Assembly (NCBI RefSeq): GCF_040938485.1
Contig: NW_027272677.1
Span: 186,001 to 250,000 of the forward strand
Direction: 5' to 3'
Source of the DNA: Diadema antillarum
Taxonomy: Eukaryota
DNA: 64,000 nucleotides
Below, piece by piece: positions 22,001 through 34,200 of this stretch. Under the pieces are notes generated by a model. That model was not told the DNA's origin and ran no database searches. It was given only the letters and a program-made list of their open reading frames with translations. A program made the position numbers and the translations under genes. Numbering within the stretch: the first letter of the stretch is position 1; each line of letters begins with the position of its first letter.

Positions 22001-25000
22001 AGTCTACCGGAGAGCCGCATGCAGAGTTCGAGAGTACCCGGTCCTCCACGGAACCAGGACAAAATGTGAAGGTGGGACTCTCGATATCTGGCAAAGGTAA
22101 GGTCAAATTGTATTTTACAGGAGATATGGGTACATTCTTACAGTCTGCAAGGAGTCTTCAGCTAATTGAAGGAGTCAGACTTAACCAGAAGAAGAAGGGA
22201 AAAAACTGTATTAATTGTTTAACATGACAACTCAATTAATATCTGGTTATATACATTGCAATAGTTTCTCCAGAGAGCTTTGTTGACGAGTGAACTTTAA
22301 TGTCATAATTATTCAGGAATATCTGTACACCCGTCACTTCAGAAAAATTTAAGAGAACGTCGTGATTTTAATGTCATGATTCCGTTGTTCAGTGGATTAT
22401 TAAGAGATTTTGGTGTTAGAAAGTGAGCACATGGCCCCAATTACAAATCTCAATTTATAATTTCGAAGCCATGACTACAAGTACTTAATAAAACACAAAC
22501 ACGGTTCTTCAATCGCTAAACTTTCCAGAGGGTGGTTACCAGTTCATTAAATGTTTGGTATTGCTGTGATAAATGAGTGGAGAGAACCCGTGTAATCAGT
22601 AAGCCAAAAAAGTGAATGGAACTCTCAAGTTTCTTGTTGCAGCATTATTCAATTGTTTGCCGCCAATGTGTGCGCAGCCTTGTTAGTCCATTCTTCCGAT
22701 TGAGACAGAGGTCAAATAATGTCCTGACGATCATTTCAAGTGCAAGTTTTAGTGTGTAAAACGTGATGGGTTATACAGGGAAAACTATGGACAGTACATC
22801 ATGGCTCAATTACTCGTTGCCATGGGAGGGTGATGTTGGTCTCACGAAGGCTCATTCCGAAACACACAAAATCTCTATGTGATACTCTAGGCTCGTTAAT
22901 CCTAAAATGAAAAAGGGTTCATTAATCCGAATCCGCGGCGTTATTCCGAAGGTTCGCTCATTCGTAAACGAAATGATGTTCGTTATTTCGAAAGTTTGTT
23001 AATCCGCAAATGAAAAGAAGGTGGGTACTACGAACTTTTGGCATTATGAACCTATTTTATTTTGGAGTAACGAACCTTTAGAATAACGTACTTTTTGAAT
23101 AACAAACTTTCGGAATAACGAACTGTGACGGTTCCGCCGGCCCTGATGCAAACATGATAACTCCTGCCCAAAGCCTATGTTAATTTTCACTTTTTCAAAT
23201 CTTTAACTTTAACGGAAGGAAGGGAGTTACCATTGACAATTACAACGAATGAACACACGTCTGAGTCGCCGTCGATGTTCGAAATCGTGTACGTGACAGT
23301 GGTCATCCCGATGGTAAACGACTGTCCGGGAGAGTGACTAGAAGTCTCCGTCCACAACGAGTCAGGGTTTACGATGGTGGGAGGAGTCCAGGTCGCCACG
23401 CCCGTCGACATGCCGGCCGTGTTGTTTGCGACCACGCTCATTGGACAGTTCTCGTACGAAATGACTGTCGATGAAAGTGTGAAACAATTGACTCATAAGT
23501 TACAATTATTCAAATCATTCAATGACGACATCACAAGATGTGGGTAAAAGATGGAGAGATAAACTTAAGCGAAAACAACTCTGTAATGTTACCACCACTC
23601 GATATTCCTCATGTAAACGTCTCTCTGGAAACGAAATTGTGGCATACGTATGGTCTGGTTCTATACAGGCTTTTAATTTTCTCCAGCTTCTTTAATTTTC
23701 TGCCAAATGGACAATGGCATCAATGAAAAATATTTCCATCTTTACTATTTATTCTATATGTTGTAAACATTTTGTAATGAACCGTTTAAGCACCCTAAAA
23801 GTACACCTTCTTGGTCAAAAAAAATTGATGTAAAGAAGTGATTAAAATAACAAGTTTTGAAGTGCAGTGTGTCTGAAATTGGATTTTGAACAACAAATGG
23901 GGACCGGACAGCGTGACATATTGGGAGGAATGCATTCTTCTTTTGTTGTCTTATTGTTGACTTTCCTAAATTCTCGAGACTCATCAAACCATGCCATAAC
24001 CATCATGATTGTATGGGAAAGACAGCATGCACTATTGGTCACATAGAAAACGTAACCAGTGGTTCGTAAAACATTTTTATGCAGAAAGTAAATTCTGTTT
24101 TGGTCAATTTTGTAAACACGCGATTCTACCTAACGCCGCACGGTGTTACTAGAGGCAGGGTCATCTTCCTAAGTGTTTTGTGTGTTTGTGTGCATGCGTG
24201 TGCGTGTGTGTGTCTGTGTGTGTGTCCGTGTGTGTGTCTGTGTGTGCATATGTATATTTATATATGCGTGTGTTGAATCATAGCTTGTGCACGTTATCAG
24301 CTTCAGGTCCTCAAGGACTAAGTTATGAGATAGAGTGCTTTGCCAAGGAGCACAACCGCTGATGACAGAGGACTCGAACCAGCGACATCATAATTGAGAG
24401 TCCGGGGTCATAACCACTGGACCACAACGGCTTCTAAAATGTATTCACATTACAACGAACTTGGCAATGATTCTCATTACAACGAAGTAAAATCTCAGGT
24501 ACCCAAATTATCATCTATACATCTTTATATACTTTTCTGTTCGGCTGTAACAAAATTTCGATAGAACGAAGGAAAACTGCCGATGCCGGGAGTGCATTGT
24601 ATTGGCTGTGAAAAAAAAAGTGGGAGTAGAGGCCTATCCCCTTGCAGGGCTGCACCCCTCCCCACCCCCCCCCCCCCACCCCCATCAACCTTTGGTCCAT
24701 GTTTATGACAAAGGAAACCCTCGTCCCCCCCCCAAAAAAAAAAAAAAACAATAATAATAATAAAAATAAAAATCGATTGTTCTGTTAACAGTAGTTACCA
24801 TAGCATAATCAAGATTCATACCATTGGCCGTTCTGATCATCATCGGAAGATAAGGTAAATTTGTAAAAGGAAATGGGCTATATAATAATATGTACCTTCA
24901 ATTGTCACGTTGAAGCTGCAGAAGGCCTTGTTCCCAGCTGAGTCTGCGGCCGTGTAAGTCACCAAAGTTCTCCCGCATTCAAAGCGAGTGACGCCGGGTT

Positions 25001-27318
25001 GGTACAACGACGTTTCGCGAAAGGCTCCCGAGTTGTCCTGTGCGAGGGGGATTTCCCAGTGTATGGGGTTCCCGCACGACGATTGCGACAGAACCCGCTC
25101 CTCGATGTCATCGGGGCAAGTCAGGAAAATTGGGTCCTCAACATCTACAAACCACATCGTTTGCAAAATTTAATATAAAAAAATATATATGTTCCATGCA
25201 TATGCTGTTACATGTATATGTGTTTTTACTCTTTCTTTCTTTCTTTTCTTTTTTTTTTTTTTGGGGGGGGGGGGGGGTTAGTTAATACAATATGCATTAC
25301 GGGAGGGGTGGTCGATTACAGTGTGCTTATAATGCAAGTTTAATACTAAACAGTAATGATGCACTGAACTGATGCCCGCAGGTCATAAATCGCATTTTTG
25401 GGTTAGAGTGTCGTCAAGTATATTACATGAAGTCATATTCTGCTCAAGATTTCTATATTTGTCACAACCGGTGAAATTTGTAAACGTAAAGTGAAAGTTC
25501 AAGAAACTTCAATTATGATCAAGTCAGATCGCTGCAGGAAGATGTAACATATAGTTTATGATGAGTACCGGACGCTCATCTTACATATCTTATGATTTGA
25601 CACAAATGAGAGTTCCATTTTGGGTTTATGAAGAATTCATTTTCAACACAGCTCTATTCAGTTCAATACAGTTCAATTCAGTTCAACCCAGTTCAATGTA
25701 CCATTGACGGTGACAGTAAAGTGGCATACGTCTTCCCTTCCTGATCCGTCCATGAGCCGATATGTGACGTTTGTCTCTCCGATGAAAAACATCTCCCCTG
25801 GGTTGTGGCTACTTTCTTCTATCCAATCAGCCGACGGGTTCTGGACAGTGGGCGGGGTCCACGACACAACGGCCGAGAACGTACCGGGGTCATTGTCTTT
25901 CGTCACATCACTTGGACAGTTTTCGTAGGCGCCGTCTGTTCGCGGGGGAAAAGCATGAAATCATCAAGGCCACCATCTCGACGGGTCGATTTGCATGAGG
26001 CTCTAGAAATCAGTTTCACAAGCGCAACAATAGGAAATGTTGCCGTATACATGGCATATAGTATGTTTGCTTTCGTGTCGCTTATCGTACTAAACAGTGA
26101 CTGACTAAACCAAATATCCGGGGGAAGTTGTTCGTTTGTATGCTTGGTTTGTTGTTTACTCTTTTTTTTTTTGGGGGGGGGGGGTCTGTTTTGTGTCTGT
26201 TGAATTGTCAGGTGTTCCAACGGATGCCTCGGAAAGATTCGAGTTTTAAAGTTTGTAAAGAAAAAAGTTAACATTCCGCAAGAGCAATGAATCATCGGCA
26301 TGATTGACAAGTCTTGTTGAAAATTCACGCATGATTTTCTGTGATTATACGCATAATTATTGATACTTTAAACTCACTCCTGCAAACTATTGAAAATCCT
26401 GATTATAAATCGAGATAGTGATAGTCAACGCACAAGAATTGTTTGACTCAAATCAGATTTGATTCAGCCCGATAAAGGGTGAAACATATATAAATCAAGG
26501 CTCTCGGACACCACGATGTTGATAATGAAAGAAAACGAGTTTGTGTTTGCCACTTTACCAACGACTGCATTAACCACGGTTACTTGGGTGCCATCTTTCA
26601 TATGGTTTTCCTACCCTGTATCGTGACATCAAACGAACAAGTTGCCATGTTCTTGGACGCATCGACAGCCGTGTAGGTCACAGTAGTGGTGCGACAGTCG
26701 AACCGGCTGCCAGGTTCGTGGGAAGTCGTCACCGTCGGCGTTCCGGCGTTGTCCGTTGCCGTTGGAGTCTGCCAAGACACAGTGCTATTGCACTCGTCGC
26801 TGAAAAGAACACGCCGATGAATGCTCGTCGGACAGAAGGTGTACATAGGGGGCTCGACATCTGTGGACGGGACAAACATTTCGGAGAAACAAAGGCTATA
26901 CTTTAGGTTATCAAAAACAAAAGAATGCAAACAAACTTACAATCAACACACAAACCTTCCGTCAGAAAATGGATGGTAACCAAACTGGAAATGACCAGCA
27001 AAGATCGAGTCACTGTAAAGAAAGGAAACAAAATTTCCACTATTTCATCCATCTAACCGACATTGTCTGCAGAGTCGGAGAACTGAAGGTGCATTTTGAT
27101 TGAAAATAAAAAAAGACTTTTGACAATAAGCACCATTTGAGTTGTTTTCAGATAGAGCTGACAATACGGCGCGCCGGTGCCTCAAAGCAGAAATTGTTAA
27201 CCATACTAATATAAAACTATTTTGCCCCTAAGAGATATCGACAAACCATCGTCATTTTTTATTGAACTACCTAAAGATTAACCCCTTCTACAGCTGACAT
27301 AATAACATCTCGTTCCCC

Positions 27319-27361
<43 letters not shown>

Positions 27362-30300
27362 AATGCTATGAAAGGTTAGCATTCATTGGTGATACAATGT
27401 ACCTCTTACATTTTTGTGTAAATAATGTCCAAAGCGTACTTAAACGCCAAATTTTGGTTAGGCCAGAATGCATTGTAATAAACTTTGCAAAGATTATGGT
27501 CATTTCTTTTGTTTTAACAAAAATTAACGGGGGTGTCCGCTTGGATCCGCCACTGCCTTTGCTGGTTTAATTCTTCAGTGTACGCTGTTCTCAAACACAG
27601 TGAAGAAGGCGACACAGAAAAGCAGTTTTCTAACTAAAAGTTCTATACCTTTTTAACGGAAAGCAGATGTCAATGGATAGATCAATAAATCAATGAATCA
27701 ATCAATCAATGAATTAATAAATCAATCAATCAATTAATTAATCCGTCAATCAATGATTCCACCTATCAATCAACCGACCAATCCACCATTCAATCAAACA
27801 CCACTTAAACAATCAATCAATCAACTAAGTTTACTGCAATTTGAACCTTACACTCGTTTTGTTTCCCAACTGTCAATCTAATTCATTTGAACTCTTATTG
27901 ACTTCAATAGAGTGTAATATTTGTATACGCATCTATGGTGGCATAAATCATTCGAGATTCCCTAAACACTTTGGCACTTTAACACACACGCGACAAAAGG
28001 CATTCTGAGTGCAGCCGATATTTGAATTCATTTATTCATCGATAAATATGACACTAGAAAGCTACTGAATTGTATCCACATTGCATGCATTTGTCATCAG
28101 AGATTGTTCAGAAGGTCGTTATGATTATGAAGCTTCTAAAATAAATATTGTATAAAAAAATATACAGTATATTTGGCAAGAACTAGCACGGTAATTGACC
28201 CAGGCGTTCATGTGAAAAAGCACTTTAACTGTGGTGGATGAATAGTTGAATAATATCTCTTATACATGGGCCTTAAATAGGCGGGCATATTTTTTCCAAA
28301 ATGAAATCACACCCTGAGGGCTCAGCTCTGATGCTGTCGGTTGGTTCCCCTCTTTTCTCGTATCTGTCGTAAAACAGAGCCCCCGTAATTATTTTACTGT
28401 ATACTTAACAATGTCCCCCTCTCTATACCTGTCAAAGTAACATCGATATCAAAGCATGCTGATGATACATAAACCTTAATCATTTACGTCTATGCTAAAA
28501 TGCTTCAAACTCTTGATTTTTTTAACCCTAGTCTCGGGCTATGTTATTAAAAATGAATTGACCCTTACCCTTATGAACTCTGCCCAAAAGTAAACTCAAG
28601 TGTAGAACAAAGACTTAAAATGAAAAAAAAAAATCTCACTCAGAAATGCCTCGGAATCACCATCAATCCATGTAACCTTTTAAATCCATAGCCTTGGTTG
28701 TTTAACACACATTTTGGGCATTTTGGTGAATACGCAAAAGTATGAATGCATCCATAACAGTATAATCACAGCGTAAGTATGACCTTCTTTGAAAATCTTG
28801 TTCCGGTAGGGAAACAAATATTCCAAATCCCATAACAAGATTGAATGGATCCCATTGTACCAGACCTGAACTCTGGAATGCATTACCTGATACGATTTGA
28901 ATAGAGGCATGCTTTCTATCATTCAAAAGATTCCTTCAAAAAAGAAGCACCGCATTAATAAGCCTATGGACCGGCACAGAAAACATGTTTGTTATATTGG
29001 GTAGACTCGTCCATGTTTTAATTTTCTCTCTTTTTTGTCTTCCCCTTTTGTACTAACTATACACAGCCCAGTCGCTGCAACTCCCAGTCGGGCTACTTCT
29101 GTACTAACCGTTGTGTATTGAGTTTTACTGCATCTTTACATTGCATAAACCTGATGTAGTATAGTATTCATGCTGCCTTTCACCATGGACCTAATATATA
29201 CATGGACTGTTCACGGCAGTCTTTCTATGATATAATCATCGTCGCCGACACATGAGTACGTGCATTTTAATGAGTACATTCTGGGCCCTGTTTCATAAAG
29301 CTGTTCGTAAAGTTACGAACAACTTACGAGCGACTGGTGATCAGTTCTGATGTGATATATACTTATCAGAATTTCCATAATTCAGCACAAGAACTGATCA
29401 CCAGTCGCTCGTAAGTCGTTCGTAACTTTACGAACAGCTTTATGAAACACTCCTAGGTGGCTGGACAATAACGATTGTGTGATCGTGTATTGTCACTAAC
29501 AAAAGAATCGCTTCCCTCATTTCAGTCTTGTTTCGCTGATGTGCCTTTTCAGACGGAAATGTCTTTCAATAAATACAGATGATGAGGAGCAGCACACCCT
29601 GAGAACATGACAAATTTTGTGTCAAAAGATGGGTAATTGCTGATTTGCACATTTTCGCACACGCATAAGACCTTGTCTAATGGCAAGATACACCTGTTCT
29701 CTACCATTACCGTCCCTTTTTGCTCTGGAATAAGCTGCGGAAAAGTGAAATATTGAGATCACAAATGACAATCATTCTGCTGAAATGTAAGCTTTCTTTT
29801 AAAAACTGCCTGCTTCTCCCAAGCGAAATTGTTTGAGGCATGATTTCCTAACATACACCACAACTGCACATTCACTTTACTTGATTTTTGTGAGTTATTT
29901 TCTTCTGCGCATATAGTTTTAGATTTCTCGAATCTCCGTCTTGTTCTTCTCCCGGCTTGCTTGCGGCGACGATGATGAGATCAAAGCAGAGAAGCATGTT
30001 AAAAATGTCTTTGTGGCGCTTTTGAGATGGATAGGTGCATGAATTAATATACCTTACAATGAGTGTCCTTGCATATTAGGTCCATGCTTTGACTTATTGC
30101 TTTTACAGCTGAGTGACGCGCCCCTTCCAAGACCTGCCCTGGTATTGTCATAAGAATTACGATGTTACACAGCCGTGTATATCATACGGCCGTTCGGATC
30201 GCATTTGTATTACTTAGAAAATGCTCTCTCATTCATTAACATCTTTTTGCAATATCATTGCTGACTGGATTATTCGTCAAAACATTTGGAATAATAAACA

Positions 30301-31150
30301 GAAAGAGAATAATGAAACCATTATATCACATGCACAAATACATCAAGCAGACACACATACATATTTTTCAATATTAGTTGGAAATGGAAAATGGAATTCT
30401 GGCAAATGATTTAACAATGACACTGAAGTATAATCATTCCACTCGATGATGCAGAATGAATAAATAACACACACAAACACGCTCCCCACACAGATACCCT
30501 ATATCCCTGTTTTTCTTTCTCACTACAGTATCTCATTCTCTTTCCCTTTCATTCTCCCTTTTTCTGGGCCCCTCATGAAAGACCCAACTGTTTTCAAAAT
30601 GGACTCATCTGAAAGGGTCGCTCATCCGGTTTTCATGATTTTCGGTCGCTATACAACCCCTTTTCACGTTGATCCCATTTGTCTCTTTCGTGGAAATTTA
30701 TATACAAAGAATCAATAAAGCAAACAAACACACAAACAAGCGACTTCGGAGGCCCATTTATGTTACGCCAACAATCATTTTTGTCAGACAGAATGCTAAC
30801 CATAATTTCAATTTCAGCGATGGTTGATGCATTATATACCCTTTGCAAACCTTTTGTAAAACAATTAACTCTCAGATAGAGAGATAGAGAGAAGGGGTTG
30901 TGTCACATTCAAGAGTGAACTGAAAAAAAAAAACGTAAAAGAATTTTTTTTTAGTGACTACGGAAATGAAAGCTACACTTTAAAGGACTATTAACGTGTT
31001 CAGCGCGAATGTTATTAAAGAGATTCAAGTCGCCAGCTGTTGTTTACACTGTGTGAGTGATATGGTATTTCAGAATGTGGGTAATTCGGGTGTGTATTTG
31101 ACTCATACAGATTGTATAAATACCATCTAGACTTACCATTACGGTATCAA

Positions 31151-31201
<51 letters not shown>

Positions 31202-34200
31202 TATTACTTGCAGTGTGTGGTAAATTGGTTCTGTATGACTCTGAAAATGGAGCTTGAGACGGCTTGGAACCATTGCAGCTGGAATTTCTTTGTGAACATG
31301 CAGCTGATAAAAATCGTTGGGATGAGGACCATTTAGTTTGAAAGTTCGCATGGTGATGTATATGAGGACGAATGGTTTGCCTCAGTACATTGTGAATAAA
31401 GTCTTTGAAAGGAATGTTGTTTGGCTATAGGAGGAGGAGAGTAAAGGGACACGACCTTGGATAGCACATAGTGTAAGGAAGGCACGGACAGTCGAAGAGA
31501 AGTTAGAATGTAAAGGATTATAGGAAAAAGAATGATGGGCAATCTTCCTGGAGAGGAAATAAACGATCGAGCGATAGTTCAAGACACCGAATACTCGCAT
31601 ATTATCGAATCATACTCAGTGACTATGAAAGGACAGTCAAGTCGACATCCCTCTTCCCCATCATCTCACCGTCTCGTTTCTCACGCTTTGTTTCCATTTA
31701 GCACCTCTCGGAAGTCCATGTCTTTGTCACCTTTTTCTCTCCTATCTCCAAGATATTCCAACTTTCTCCTTCATGCTTTCTTCTTCATCTTTCTCCTCTC
31801 ACCTACTTCCCAAACCATGATCTGATTCTCACACTCTATTCTTCCCTTTCTCCTTTCCTCTCGTTTCAATTAGCTCAACCTCAAATTCCAGCTCACCTGT
31901 CCTGTCGACTGTCACTGTTTGCCTTCCTTTCACTCTCTCTATCTCCCTTCCTTTCTTCTCTCTCCTTTGCCCAGGGTCTTCTTTCGCCAAACAATAGTCC
32001 TTTCAAGGGCTTGTCTATACATACACAGGAGGACCATTAATTTCTAGAGAATAGGGATCAGAATTGAGTACGGTTACTTTAGAACTAGTAAGAAATTCAG
32101 AGAGTTGGTGGAGTCTCTTCCTACCTCCTTGACAAATATTTTGTGATTCAGCTCACGTGTACATTCAACTTTATTCTTCCGCGTGCAAACTCTCTTACCT
32201 CTAACAACGATGAGGAAGCGACATGTCTCGACGTTCGGACCGTCGTCCGCCAGGATGTACGTAACGGTGATCTGACCGACGGGCAGCCGCAGCCCGGGCT
32301 CGAGGCTCGAATTGAGGTTACTACTGGGTGATGCGTGTAGTATCTGGGGTTCAATCCAGTTCACCAGGGCGCTGCCCTGTCCCGGCTCGGTGTCGAACAC
32401 CACCGCACGGTCAGGGCAGCCGTAAATGCTCGGCGCTGATGGTAACAGAACATAATTGCATACATACATTATCTACTAAGCTATCCAAAAAAGAAAAAAT
32501 ATGCAGCTGACATTCTTGGCTGTGTAGCTAATGTATAAGACCAGAATTAATCCTGAGCAACTCCACAACAGCGTATCTACAGGATTGCATCACAATGTGA
32601 CTTTGTTGTTGGAAGTGACGTGTACCATGTACGTCCATTATGATATACATTATCACCATACATGTCATCCAGTTTGTTTTCTTTCTCACTACATATACAT
32701 AAAAAGATGAGATAGGAGATTAACATAATGATCCAACTATTTTGATGAAAGGTGTGGATACACATTACGAGTATATAATTTATTATTTTGTCGTATCAAA
32801 AATTATCAAATAGCATGCAGCAGCATGTAATGGGGCAAATCATCTATACCACAATAGCAAGAATGGATGCTTGATAAACACAAATGCAGGTAAGGGTGGT
32901 TGACGAAATACCATCTCGCAGAGGGCAAGAAGGAGAAAAAGGAATTTTAAAATTTCATTGTTAAATTCCGGGAAGTCCAAACAGCAACTACAATGTGGAG
33001 ACATGACGTAAATCACGTGTTTCTCTGAATGCAAACTTCAGCTCCCCTCTTTTGTGTTGCATGCTGAAGGCATGAAATTATTTATCATATTGCTCAACCC
33101 GCAGAATGTTACTGTCTAGAGCTTTCTGTGAGGTTTCTACATTCAGGTTCGTTTGATCAATGCTAGGCTTCAATCAATCATTTCGTCGGCTCATTTTTGT
33201 TGCTGTTGCTGTTGTTGTAGCTGGTCTTGTACGAGTAAATCTTATGTAAACCCACTGCATTGTTAGAAATGAGGAATGAAACCATGCTCTGCATGCAGTT
33301 ACGACTTTGTATGTCATTGTGGACATGCACATTATGTGGATATTGTGATAGGATTTCTCTTGTTTGCTGTCTACCCTGAGAAATGAATTGCCTCGTCTTT
33401 ACAATGCTAGTCGGGTTCTCTGAAATGCAGAATGTTTTTTTTTCACCCATCCATCCACACACCAATTGCACATTCACATATACATGTACTTCTCAAACAG
33501 ATTTCCACAATATAAAACGAGAGGAGAAAGGAAACTTGGCATGGGGCTGCCAAATAGCTCAGTTAAATGTGAAACGCCTCGGGCAAATATCAGAATATTT
33601 ATGTTATGAGATAGTCTCTTCATCTTTAACATAATCACATAAGCTGCAGGCTGTCTTCTTCCCGACTGCTGTTCGAGAACAAATTATTCTACCATCCCCT
33701 CAAGCAAACAAAAAAGCAACAAGGAAAACAGTTTTTTTCTTTCTTAGAAGAGGAAAGAAAGATAAAACGCTGTAAGGTCCTACATGAGCAGATTGTTTGT
33801 GTGGCGACTGAGGGATTTAAACACCGGGAAAAGTAGCGCAATGTGACCCAAGAGTGAACCTTAGGGAGATGATACAATATTGACATCAACAGAGTGGAAA
33901 AAGAGGAGTGCATAACGAATCGCTAAACAGCGGAAATAGCCACAGGCTTGTTTTAAGGCCACAGACCCTCACTAGTTCCACATGAAACCAACTATCCACT
34001 CATCTACAATGTAATATACCAAGAACGCATTCCAGTTGGTGATGGTTTGTCAAAGTGATAATCTCAACGTGAATTTCATATAAAAAGGGACAAAAATGTA
34101 AATAGTACAATGTAGTACATGGAACAAGCTTCATTATCGGAAACTGACTCGTTCGATGGCGTCATAAGAAAAGAAAAAGGAAGATATTTATCTGTTTGTG

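Noticed and set aside
24340-24431. Functional tRNA genes here, at 35532-35610 and at 59900-59988
   Set aside because: A/B boxes are present but the cloverleaf stems are broken; the first two continue into SINE-type bodies and the third has a corrupted D-arm and acceptor stem.
31200-31620. Possible decayed LINE RT remnant (QGRVPLL resembling QGSVLGPLL)
   Set aside because: Similarity is too weak to support by eye; needs a TBLASTX/RepeatMasker check.
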